64,000 bases of DNA, taken from NCBI GenBank assembly GCA_918797485.1, contig CAKKNE010000002.1:2108001-2172000 (forward strand), given 5' to 3'. A model generated the notes under the pieces. The model had not been told where the DNA came from. It saw only the letters and a program-made list of their open reading frames with translations, and did not search any database. The stretch comes from Pelagomonas calceolata (taxonomy: Eukaryota). Positions within the stretch are counted from its first letter, which is position 1. Each line of letters starts with the position of its first letter. The translations under genes were made by a program, and so were the position numbers. Positions 10,704 to 21,200 of this stretch are shown in pieces.

Positions 10704-11375
10704 TCACCAGGGGAAGCCTCTGCGAAACATCCGTTCCATCTGGCGCGATTGGGCCATCAGGGCCCGATGCTGCGCCTCGGCGGCCCGATGCTGGGCCTCG
10801 GCGGCCCGATGCTGCGACATCGCCGCGGCGAAGCCGCCGTAGCCCTGACTCCGGTCGAACTGGCTTTTCGACACGCGCCGACCGTCCACGAAGTATTGCG
10901 TTCTAGCATTGGCTTTCAAAGGTCGGTAGCCGGCGCGGTCCTCCGCCGAAGGATTAGATAACCGCGCGAGCAGCTCGGCCTTGGTCCCCCCGACCTTGAG
11001 GCCCCGAGCCCGGCAGCGGTCCTTGAGCTGGGCCACGGTCACGCCGGGCGCGGGCGTCGAGCGGCGCTTCTTGCGCGGCGGCGGCGTGACGAAGACCACC
11101 TCCTCTTCCTCCTCTTCTGAGTTCTCGTCGTCGGAGATAATTATCTGGCGGCGCTTGCGCTGAGCGTGCGTGTCGCGCGCGCGGCCGTCGGCGCCGAAGG
11201 TCACGTCGTCAAGCCTGGATCGCCGCGGCGTCTGCGGCTTGGCGGGCGGTTCGTCCTCGTCGTCATCGCTACTGAGTTCGAGGACGTCGCCTTTCGCCTT
11301 GGCTGCCTCGTAGCGCTGCGCCGCCAGCTCCTCGGCGGTGCATGTTGGGCCGACCTCCATGTCATCGTCAGCCAT
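10704..11375 (-). CDS. SAP-domain nuclear protein
   Basis: VTVAQLKDRCRARGLKVGGTKAELLARL (SAP consensus); NLS-like PPRKKRR. Confidence 0.8.
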   Translation of the reverse strand: MADDDMEVGPTCTAEELAAQRYEAAKAKGDVLELSSDDDEDEPPAKPQTPRRSRLDDVTFGADGRARDTHAQRKRRQIIISDDENSEEEEEEVVFVTPPPRKKRRSTPAPGVTVAQLKDRCRARGLKVGGTKAELLARLSNPSAEDRAGYRPLKANARTQYFVDGRRVSKSQFDRSQGYGGFAAAMSQHRAAEAQHRAAEAQHRALMAQSRQMERMFRRGFPW

Positions 11376-12316
11376 GATTGAGCGTCTGGTAGATATGTAA
11401 CTCGAGCTGTATGGATAGCTCGGGCTGTATGGTGGGTCAGCAGGTCAGCTGGTCAGGCACAAACAAGCTAGATACTCTGAGCCCGCGCAAAATTCGCAGC
11501 AGCAGCGCGTGCGTGACGCACGATGCACTACGCGTTGACACGCCTGGAGTCGGACAGCGGTTTGAACGCGTACGCAGCGCGATGACTCTCCGACCCACGC
11601 AGCGTCTCCGAGCTCGGGTGCGGGTCCAAACGCGGCGCTCCGCAGGGAAGTAAAAATTATTGTTAATTCACTCGTCGTGCAACCCTGGACACTCCGGCTT
11701 GGACCCGTGGTCCTCGTAGGAGTGGTGCTTCGACGCCCGTCCCGTGTCCGGCGCGAAGCCGTAATGGATGAGCTGCCGCGAGAAGTTGAGACCCGGCGCG
11801 GGGCATCTCGCAGCGAAGAAGCACGGGCAGGGGTCGCCCCTCGCCGAGAACGGCGACGCCATCGGGGACGTCGCGGGACACGCCATCGCCGCGCGCACGG
11901 AGTCGTCGGAAGCAGCGGCGCGCTGCGCGGCGATCCCATACCGCGTGCTCGAGTACGCCCAGGACTTCGCGATGGCGCTGAAGCCCGCCGACTTCGCGAG
12001 CCTACCCGCGCTCGTCAACGCGCTCCGCGTCACGATCAAGTACAAGACGCCGGTCGATTAACGCGGAACAAAGGAAAACTACCGAAGCGAAATGAAATGC
12101 GGGGACACGAATTCTCGGCAGGAGTTCATTCACGAGTTCCCGGTCACGTTCCAGCTCACGACGAAAGGCGTCCTCGCGCGGGAGCAGGCGCGTCGAAAGT
12201 CGCGCCGGTTCAACAACTACGACAACTTCGGGCCCGACGGCCCGGACTACTAGACTCGCTCGCTACCCCCGCACTAATACATGCACAAGTCTTACAAGCA
12301 ACAATACACAAAAGCC

Positions 12317-13969
12317 TCACGACGACGCAAGCAGCCCGTCAATCGCCCGCTGGACGTCGCCATTGACTCGCTCGAGCGCCGCCACCGCAGCTTTCCGCGA
12401 GAAGCCCATCGCCACGATCTGCGCGACGGCGGCCTCGTCCACGGCCGGAGGAGGTGGCGCGGGCCGAGCGGACGAGCGCCGCGGCTTCTTCGCGGGCGGC
12501 CGCCGCGTCTTCCGCCACAGAGCCAGCTGGCGCTCGATGTCCGCGCGGATCTCTGGCGGTAGTTCGGAGAGCGTCTGCGGGTCCACCTCGGCGCCGTCGA
12601 TGCCCGTCGTCGACGCGGTCCCGGGCGATGCTGGTGGCGCGACCGGGGCAGGCACGGGCGGCGGCGGTCGAGGCGCGGGCGCCTTGCGCTTCGTGAGGAA
12701 CGAGCTAATGTCCGCGTGGCCCGCCGCGTCGATCGTCTTGAGCGTCACGCCGAGATTGAGAATTGACAGCGTCGCGCCGTGCGGGTAGAGGGCCGTGAGG
12801 AGCGCCGCGGCGTCGGCCTCGAGCTTCGATGCTAAAGCTTCGCACGCGGCGTCGTCAGTCAGCGTTCCCACGCGAGCGCGCGCCGGCCGCGACTTGGCCT
12901 CGCGGCCCGGCGTCTTCTCGCGCTGCGCGGAGGCGGGGCCCTCGGCCAAAGTCGAGGTCAGGGCCCGCGGCGACCCGCTCCGCTCGGCCGCGCGGCGCGC
13001 CGAGAGCTGGACGTTCTCAAGGGGCCGCGCGCCGTGCGCCTTCTGATCGACGGCGAGCTTCCGCACGAGCTTGCGCGCCAGCAGCTTCAGCGCCTCGTCG
13101 GCGCGCTCGGACGGCACTTGCAGTGGCCTCGTCCAGAACGATTCCTCGGCGCCGATCGACTTGGGCGCGCCCGTCTGCTTGACTTGGGACGCGTCGTCGC
13201 CGCGGGCCAGCGCCCGGAGCCGCTCGATATCTGAGATCGAGGAGGGCCCGGAGAAGTCGCGCAAGTCTCCGACGGTGGCGACGCCCGCCGACGCGAGCTG
13301 CTGCGCCGTGCTGTGGCCGATGCCGTAGACCTTGCGCAGCGGCAGGTCGTCGGGCAGGACCAGGCGCCTATTGCTAGGTGTATCAGCGAGGACGGTCTGC
13401 TGGAAGGGCTTGTGGAGGCCCGCCACCGTCTTCGCCAGCAATTTAGAAGTCGACACGCCAGCAGACGTCTCCAAATTGAGCTCGCGCTTCGTCGCCTGGC
13501 GCAGGCGGTCGCAGAGCCGCGCCGCGCTCGCGAGCCGCGCGTCGTCGAGGACGTCGTCGCCGTGGACGTGACCGATCTCACCAGCTCCGCCCGCGCCGTG
13601 CGCGTCGACCGCCGCGGAGACGTCCACAAATAGCTCGTCTAATCCGGACTTCTCGACAGGGCACCTGCTCCCCACGAAGTTGGCCACGAAGGCCCGCCAC
13701 GCGTTGCTCACCTCCGTGTAATGGCTAATGTCCTCGCCGTCCTTGATGACGATCTGCGGACACTTGCGCCTCACCTCGGCGAGCGAGTCGCCCTTGCGGA
13801 TGCCGAACGCCCGCGCGGCGTAGTTGCTCGTGATGACGAGGTGTTTTTGCCGGACGCCGACGGGCTTGCCGGCGAGCGACGGGTCTCGTCTCGTCTCGCA
13901 CTGCGCGTAGAAGCAGTCGCAGTCCAGCGCGAGGACGAGGCGCTGCGGCGGCGGCTTGCGGGCGGCCAT
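12317..13969 (-). CDS. POLI: Y-family translesion DNA polymerase (Pol iota-like) with UBM and UBA domains
   Basis: LDCDCFYAQCE, TSNYAARAFGI, GLDELFVDVS, SAGVSTSKLLAK; UBM VDPQTLSELPPEIRADI; UBA IVAMGFSRKAAVAALERVNGDVQRAID. Confidence 0.85.
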   Translation of the reverse strand: MAARKPPPQRLVLALDCDCFYAQCETRRDPSLAGKPVGVRQKHLVITSNYAARAFGIRKGDSLAEVRRKCPQIVIKDGEDISHYTEVSNAWRAFVANFVGSRCPVEKSGLDELFVDVSAAVDAHGAGGAGEIGHVHGDDVLDDARLASAARLCDRLRQATKRELNLETSAGVSTSKLLAKTVAGLHKPFQQTVLADTPSNRRLVLPDDLPLRKVYGIGHSTAQQLASAGVATVGDLRDFSGPSSISDIERLRALARGDDASQVKQTGAPKSIGAEESFWTRPLQVPSERADEALKLLARKLVRKLAVDQKAHGARPLENVQLSARRAAERSGSPRALTSTLAEGPASAQREKTPGREAKSRPARARVGTLTDDAACEALASKLEADAAALLTALYPHGATLSILNLGVTLKTIDAAGHADISSFLTKRKAPAPRPPPPVPAPVAPPASPGTASTTGIDGAEVDPQTLSELPPEIRADIERQLALWRKTRRPPAKKPRRSSARPAPPPPAVDEAAVAQIVAMGFSRKAAVAALERVNGDVQRAIDGLLASS

Positions 13970-14377
13970 TCTTTGAGCCACGGCACACACGCTGCTGATT
14001 TGCGTTCGCAGCCTGTGGCAGCTTGCTCGACCTCTGTGCTCGGCTACGGCTGCACAGCGCTCGGAAAATTGCAGGTTGCTGTAGAGCAATCAGATGTGCG
14101 CACGATTTGGCACTGTTATCGCTCGCAAAACTGCACGCATTGGACGCCGATGGCTGGGCAGGGCTCGACCTCTCCAGAGCACGGGTTTTCAAAACGATCG
14201 AAACGCGTCCCGAGGCCCCCACAGTGATCCCAGGGAGGCGAGGGAGCCATATGAACCCCATTGATCACTCCGCGGTTGAGGAGCTCTTTTTACTCGATCT
14301 AGCCTGGTGTAATTGCAAGGCGAACAAAAGGGCAAGCCCCAGATAAAGCCAGACGCCTGCGACACGGCGCACTGAAC

Positions 14378-15892
14378 ATGGCGTCCATGCGGACACTGGT
14401 GCTGCTTCTCGCGGCGCTTGAAGCCGCCGGCTTCGCGATCTGCAAAACCAGCTCACGGACAGCTGCCCTGAGATCTCCCGTCTCCGACGGCGAGACCTCG
14501 CAGCTTGTATCAATGAGGTCGACCGTCGCGGACAGCGAGAGCTCGCAGCAGGTCGAGATCAAGCTCGCCGCGCCCGCGGCCGCCGCGTTCGTCGAGACGC
14601 TCTTCGAGAAGAACGTGAAAGTGAAGGCGGGCACGGTCGACAAACGGCGCACCACCAAACGCGCCCGCGGCCAGAATCCGATAGTGGTGGGCTCGCCCGA
14701 CGCCGGCGAGCCCTCCAAGACGGTGGATAGGCGCCGCAAGCCGAAGACGACGTCGACGGACGCCTTGTTCACGACGCAGTTGTTGGATGCGGCGCAGGAG
14801 CGGCGGCTCGGTGGATTGACCGTCGAATTGCTACGCTTGGAGAATGTGAGAGACGATTTACTGAGGGAGCGCGGCGGCCGCACGCCCGAATCTCTCGGAT
14901 ATGCTGGAGACAACGAACTCGAGGACCAATTGTTAGGTGTGGACTGCGACGGGTTTCGGGCCGACTGGTGCGTGCGCGCCGAGCTCAAATCGCCGGAGGA
15001 GCTCACGAAGCGGATCCGCGACGGGAGAGCTGCGCGGCAAGCTTTAGTTGCGGCGAACATGCGGTTAGTTGTAGCCGTGGCGAAGCGCTACGCGGGTCTC
15101 GGCATGGGCCTCTCCGATTTAGTCCAGGAGGGCTCTTTGGGATTGATGCGCGCTGCGACGAAGTACGACCCGGCGCGAGGCTGCAAGTTTTCGACGTATG
15201 CTTGCTGGTGGATCCAGCAAGCGGTCCTACGAGCCGTGGCCTTCCAATCTAGATTGATCAGACTACCGATGCACGTGCACCAGGACCTGGCCAAGGCGAC
15301 GCGCGCCCAGCGCGACTTCATCCAGGACAACGGCCGGGAACCGACCGATGAAGAACTGGCCAAGATCTTGGATATGACCGTGGCGAAGCTACGGAGGGTG
15401 CGCACGGCGGCGAAGCAGTCCGACGCCGTCTCCACCGAAACGCCGCGCGGCTTCTCGTCGAAGATCGGCGGCGGCGAGGCCAAGTTCAACCAGCGCAACG
15501 GCGGGCGGCGCAAGGCCAAGACGCCGGGCGCGCCGGCGCCCGCGGCCGCGCCGGCGCGGACGTCTGGTAGAACGCTGAAGCTCGAGGACACGTTGGAGTC
15601 GGCCGAGCCCGGCGCCGACCGCGCCGTCGAGATGAGTTTGTTGCACGGCGCCATCGCCGAGGCGTTCAAGGACCTGGACGAGGACGAGCAGAAGGTCATT
15701 TCCTTGCGCTATGGGCTGGAGGACGGCGTCGCGTGCTCGCCCTCGCAAGTCGCCGAGCGCTGCGAACAATCAAAAGACTGGGTGCGGCGGTGCGAGATGC
15801 GCGCCATTCGCAAGCTGCGCAAGCCGCACCACCTCATGACGCTGCGGCCCTACAACTCGCAGCGCCAGTCGCTCACGGCCGTCCCGTCATAA
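14378..15892 (+). CDS. Nucleus-encoded plastid sigma-70 factor
   Basis: ANMRLVVAVAKRY, DLVQEGSLGL, KFSTYACWWIQQA and region 4 HTH; signal peptide followed by an AGF motif. Confidence 0.93.
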   Translation: MASMRTLVLLLAALEAAGFAICKTSSRTAALRSPVSDGETSQLVSMRSTVADSESSQQVEIKLAAPAAAAFVETLFEKNVKVKAGTVDKRRTTKRARGQNPIVVGSPDAGEPSKTVDRRRKPKTTSTDALFTTQLLDAAQERRLGGLTVELLRLENVRDDLLRERGGRTPESLGYAGDNELEDQLLGVDCDGFRADWCVRAELKSPEELTKRIRDGRAARQALVAANMRLVVAVAKRYAGLGMGLSDLVQEGSLGLMRAATKYDPARGCKFSTYACWWIQQAVLRAVAFQSRLIRLPMHVHQDLAKATRAQRDFIQDNGREPTDEELAKILDMTVAKLRRVRTAAKQSDAVSTETPRGFSSKIGGGEAKFNQRNGGRRKAKTPGAPAPAAAPARTSGRTLKLEDTLESAEPGADRAVEMSLLHGAIAEAFKDLDEDEQKVISLRYGLEDGVACSPSQVAERCEQSKDWVRRCEMRAIRKLRKPHHLMTLRPYNSQRQSLTAVPS

Positions 15893-16148
15893 GACTTTTG
15901 GAAAGTTGTTTTTGTATCGCCTCGGCGGCGTCGGGGCGGGGACCGCTGCGACGGCGTCGGCGGCGGGCTTGATAGCGATCACGCTCGACGGCACGGACGC
16001 GTGGTGTCAATACGGCGGGACGACGAGCATCGCGCGCGCGTTATATGGTGACACTATTACGCCGTCGCTCCGAGTGTTCGCTCGGAGGCGACGACTGCGA
16101 GGGGGGAGCAGGCCGGACGCAGGAATCCCAAGGCCGTTAGTTAGAACA

Positions 16149-17687
16149 CTATCGAACTCTTAGTTCCGAGAGATACTTCGCGCCCGCCGCAACCAATTCG
16201 AGGACCGTGCGTAGGATCTCGCGCAGCAGGTCCGGCCGCGCGGCGAGCGCGTAGGCGCCCGCGCCGAGGACGACAAGGAAGAGGAGCCATCTGATCGCTC
16301 CCGCGAACGACCAGGAGGACGCCAGGAACGGCTCGCACTTGCCGCCGGCGCAGGCGCTTCCCGTTTCCGCGATGAGGGCGTCGAGCGCCGGCAGTTCGCC
16401 GACGGTGAACGACGGCAGCAGCAAGGTCTTTGGAAGTTCCAGGGGCGTCGTGTCGCCGCCGTAGAATTGGGACGTGATGCCCGCGTCGTGCCGGATCGCC
16501 GGCGCCTCCGCGAGGATCGTGGACGCCTTCTTCCGGGCGCCCGCTCCTGTGTGGAAATCAAATTTACGGCGCGTTCGTCCTGGATCGCTGCGTCGACCTC
16601 CACGCCAGGACCCGACACTGGTTGATTTCCACACAGGCAAGCACGGGTCTCGAAGGTCGGCTTCTCAAACTCGAGCTTGCCATCGGTCGCCGCGGACCAC
16701 GACGCGTAGAGCGTCGACGCGAGGGGCAAGGCGTCGTCGGCGCCGCACTGGCCGCGCCACCAGAGCGCGAGCACCTGCGACGACCAGGCCGACCGCTTTG
16801 TGAGAAAAATAGAGGGGTCGAGGTCCCGCCGCATGACCAGCTCCGCCGCCGGCGCGAGCGCGAAGTATGCCTCCGGCGCGTCTTCATCATCGCCAAACGC
16901 GAGGTCCGACAGGAACGCCGTCCCCTCCATATACAGCACGCGGTCCGGCGGGTTCGGGTCCTCGTAGAGCGAGAGGAGGGCCACGGCCTTGAGCGACGCC
17001 GAGCTCCCGCGCTCCCGGCACTTCGCCCACGGCGCGTCCAGGCGCGAGTGGAGCAGCTGCGGCACGCCGACGAAGACGTAGAGCGGACGATTCGTGCGCC
17101 GGCAGTAGGCGGCCTTGTTCAGAAAGGCCTGCCAGGTCCCGGAGCGCTCGAGGTCGCTCAGCGAGGGCACCGCTACTAACAAAGCGGTCTTCGTCGAGAC
17201 GACGGCGGCGCCGTGGTCGACTTTGCACAGGCGCAGCGGCACGTGGGAGAAGGCGGCGACGCGGCCCGCGGCGCTCGCCATCGCGAGGCCGTCGCGCGGC
17301 GGCGTCGAGGACATGAGGCTGAAAAAGCACTTCCTGTTGACCTGTGTGTAAATCAACCAGTGCGTCGGGTGAACCCGACAATTCTTCACTAAGTCATTTC
17401 TTGGCGATGACGCGGCCGTCCTGGCTCGGTCGAGCGGCGAGGAACCGGCACCGCCACGCCATCGAGCAGGCGTCGCGTCGATGGCGTGGAGGTCGACGCG
17501 ACGATTCAGGACGAACGCGCCGTAAAATTTTGATTTCCACACAGCTGTTGACCGATTTGCGGATCGGCTTGAACGTGGCGAGGGCCTCGTCGGCCGCGGC
17601 CTTCCACTTGCGCTCGGAGACCTTCGTGGCCTCTGTGGCCGCCGCGAGGCAGAGGAGCAGCGCTTTCCGGTAGGCAGGCTGCCCCAT
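16149..17687 (-). CDS. GT34/galactosyltransferase-like membrane protein; exons 17687-17553, 17341-16645, 16546-16149
   Basis: Removing two introners gives one 1230-nt frame. NKAAYCRR, RVLYMEGTAF and FLTKRSAWSSQVLALWW resemble GT34 motifs; signal peptide and C-terminal TM. The 3' end may be spliced further. Confidence 0.65.
16539..16644 (-). mobile_element. Introner 2: element 16547-16636, intron 16644-16547
   Basis: Perfect 15-bp TIR CTGTGTGGAAATCAA / TTGATTTCCACACAG; diverged TSD (gene strand GTGCTTGC / GAGCGGGC); splicing restores ETR/AGARKK. Confidence 0.9.
17334..17552 (-). mobile_element. Introner 3: element 17342-17544, intron 17552-17342
   Basis: TIR 14/15 identical; perfect TSD CTGTTGAC at 17334-17341 and 17545-17552; splicing restores RKS/VNRKC. 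Confidence 0.95.
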
Positions 17688-17952
17688 GGCTATGATGCCT
17701 TGACAGGGCTGGGCTGCGTTCACACTAGGATGCCTGACTTATGGTCTCGCGCCTCGGGCGCGCTGGGGCTACCGGACGACGGCGTCGACAAGCCCGCGCA
17801 ATGCGCTTTTGCTCCAGCAAAACACTGATTTGCAAGGCCTTAAGGCTTGGCAGGCTTCGTGCGGGGCGCTGGCTTGCACAGTCAATTTCGGATGGGTACC
17901 CGTCATGGAGAGGCCGGCGAGCGCTCGCCAAGAGATAGGCACCCAATAGCGG

Positions 17953-17976
17953 GCTAGCGGCCTGTAAGACTCTAGC
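17953..17976 (+). promoter_or_regulatory. 24-bp CTAG-bounded motif
   Basis: GCTAGCGGCCTGTAAGACTCTAGC. Confidence 0.7.
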
Positions 17977-18216
17977 AAGCCCAAAGCCAAGCCCTTGAGA
18001 GGCTCCCCGCGGCGCATACAGCGAGCGCGAACTCGCCCGCCGACTGCGCCACAGCTTAGCAAAAAGCTCGTTGGCAGCAGTAGTCCAAGTCTGAACGCCC
18101 GGGCCTGCGGCACCGGCCCAAACAAAACACTGGCCAACCCAAGCCGAGGAAGCAAATCGCAGCGGGGAGTACCGGCCACGGGATACGCCCCTTCCAGGAT
18201 AGCCTAGAGAAGCAAA

Positions 18217-21200
18217 ATGGGCCGCGGCGCCGGCCCCCTCCTCGACGACGACGATGAGGACGTCGCGCTACGTAGATCAGGCCTCGCCTGCGTTTTTACA
18301 AGAGAGGGCTCGATGATGAACAACGGGCGCTGGGTGAAAGTAGCCGCGGACCTCGAGAACCTCACTCTACGCTTAGATAATCGAGCGTTGGCTGGATCTA
18401 CTAGATCGAGATCTTCAGAAGTCTACAACAAGGAGATGCAGATCCACCGGGGCACCAAGGTCGAGCGCGCGCCGCAGCCGTCGCGGCCCTTTGTCTTAGC
18501 CGTGTCCAATTTCAAAGGAGGGAAAGACAGAAGACGATTGCTCGACTTCCTGACGAGGGAAGCTGGTGATGCGTGGTTCGACCTGCTCTACAAGGTGGCT
18601 ACCACAGATTTGAACACTCTCTTAGAGCCGCTGATGGAGGCTCGCGATAAACGCAGAGACGCGGTACAATTAGAGGAGGCCCTGGCGGCGCGGCCGGCGC
18701 GGGTGGAGGACGCCCTAGAAGCTTTAAGGAGAGGTAGGCTGCCGGCGGACTTTGTTGCTAGAGATGCGTCGGGGCGAGCCGTGACGGCTTTATTAGCGGC
18801 GGCTAGAGCTGGCCGAGCGGATATCGTGGAAGCGCTCGTGGCTCTGGGCGCGAGACCGGACGGTCCTCCATTACCAGTCGTGGCTGATAGAAGGCCCTCT
18901 TCCCCGGACCGAAGACTAGAAAGACAGAGATCCGGCGGCTCGGGCTCGGGCAAGGAGGTTTCCGACGCGCCGCCGCCGCCGTCCTCGGAGGACGGCGTGC
19001 CCACCGTCGAGGAGACGCCCCTACTCGGGGCGACGCGCGCCGACCGCCACGATGCTGCTGCTGCTTTATTAAGGGCGGGTGCTGATCCCACACTAGGTGA
19101 TGCTCGTGGAGCGAAGGAGACGCCATTATTATGCTGCGCGCGGCGGGGCTCCGCGGAGATCGCCCGAGCTTTGCTACGAGCCTTGGCCGGTAGAGCAGCG
19201 GCGGCGGCCGACGACGCCCGGCGCCTCAAGCTGCTGTGCCACGTGGATAGGAGATTCGGCCTCCACCCCGAGACGGCTTTGGAAGCAGCAGCGGTGGCCG
19301 GCCACGCGGCCGTCGTCGTCGCGTTGTGTGCCGGTGCCGAGTGCAAGGGCGAGAACGGTCAAGTGCACGTGTGTCGGGCCGACGCGACCCTCAGAAATCC
19401 GTCGGGCCGGACGGCGATGCATCTGGCCTGTGATCGGGGGCGGGCGACGGTAGTAGCGCCTCTAGCGGCCGCGGGCGCCGACCCCGACGCGCTAGATCCG
19501 GACGGCCTCGCGCCCCTGAGCATGGCGGCGCAGCACGGCCACGTCGCTTGTGTTGCGGCTTTGTTGCAGCGAGATGCGACGGCACCTTTAGATCCGCAGT
19601 TACTGCAGGGCGCGGATGCGGAAAGAGCTGGGAGGTTAGTTGTCGCTACTGATGCCCTGCGAGTGGCTTTAGGTGCCGACACATTCGACGCCAAAGGGGC
19701 TGCGGACCTCGCGAAAGCCGTCCGAGCAGAGATCAAGGCCGGCGAACTGCCGCGGACCGCGGGTGCTGCTCTCGCGAACTTTCCCGCGGACGTGGCCCAA
19801 GCGGCGGGTCGGAGGGACTCTGCCTTGCTAAGATGCTGCGACGCGGGCGACGGCGCCGGCGCCGACTTATGGCTCACGCTGGGCGCGGACGTGAACCACG
19901 CGGACCATGGGATAGAGAGAAGAACACCATTGATGGCCTGCGCGGCTCGCGGAGATACACAATTAGCTTCCGCCTTACTAGCGACGGGCCGATGCGCCGT
20001 GGATGCTGTTGATGGAAAAGGCTGCACGGCGCTCATACGAGCGGCGGAGGCCTCGGCGTCGTGTCGGGCCGATCCCGTGCGACAAGCTGCTGCTAGACGA
20101 GTGGCCGACCTCCTACTAGAGCACGGCGCCGACCCGCTGGCCGTGGACGCCAAAGGTAGAAGCCCACTGAGCCTCGCGGCGGCGGACGCGCGCGATCATA
20201 GGTTAGTGGCACGCATGCTCGCGTTTCCCAAGGTCCATGCGGACTTCGCCCATGGTGATGATGAGGCCACGGTGCTCATGTTGGCGTCGGCGCTGCCGGA
20301 GGCGTCTTCCGTTTTAAGGACGTTGTTAGGTGCTCCGGACCTCGCGGCCGACTCGGGATTGAAAAACATGCGAGGCAGAAGAAAATCGGCAGCAACGTGC
20401 GCGCGCGCCGATCTGAGGAGAAAGGACGCTCGGGGTCGAACGGCGCTCTTCTACGCGGCCGAGGCCGATCGCGCCGAGAACGTTGAGCTCTTACTCAGTC
20501 TGGGGCGGCGCGCGTCGTCGACCGCAACCGACCGAGGCGACGTCCTGGACCAGATGCTCGATGTGGACGAGCGGGACGCGGCGGGCCAGACGGCATTACG
20601 GGTGGCGACGGCGGCGGGCGCGCGAGGGGCGGTTGGTGCGCTCTTGCGTTTCGGCGCGTCGGCGTCGGATGCGGAACGAGCGGCACTCCAATCGGAGGAC
20701 GACGAGGAGCAGCTCGTCAAGTCGCCGGGGCCGCCCTTACCCACAATTCCGGAGACGGCGGCGCCCATCGCGCGCACGCTCGGAAGGTTTCGCGCAGCCG
20801 TGGCGAACGGAGATGACAACTTGGTGTTGCGGTACGTGGCGCGGGGCAACTACGACGTCGACGAGCCGACGAGCGCGGAAGATGGCGCGCGCACGGCGCT
20901 GATCGTCGCCTGTGCCTTAGGGAACGCGGCCGGCGCCGCTCGACTGTTAGATGCTGGTGCTGATGCCAACGGGAGGGACGCGTCGCGAAGGACGCCTCTA
21001 TTAGCAGCAGCGAGATCGGGCGCGTTAATTGACGCGACGGCGAAAAGACGGGGCGACGCGACCGATCGAAGCTTAGCTGAATTACTGCTCGATGCGGGTG
21101 CTGATGCTACTGCTGCGGACGGTTTGAGGAGGGAAACGGCATTACACGTCGTCTGCGGCAGCATGGAGGACATCCTGTTCATTGGGGGTGCCCGTCGTAG

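Noticed and set aside
10759..10815. 21-bp tandem repeat encoding QHRAAEA
   Set aside because: A small coding slippage repeat with no further structure.
16160..17542. 460-aa ORF as listed in the track
   Set aside because: It starts inside introner 3 and reads through introner 2 into the wrong frame; the spliced model explains the region better.
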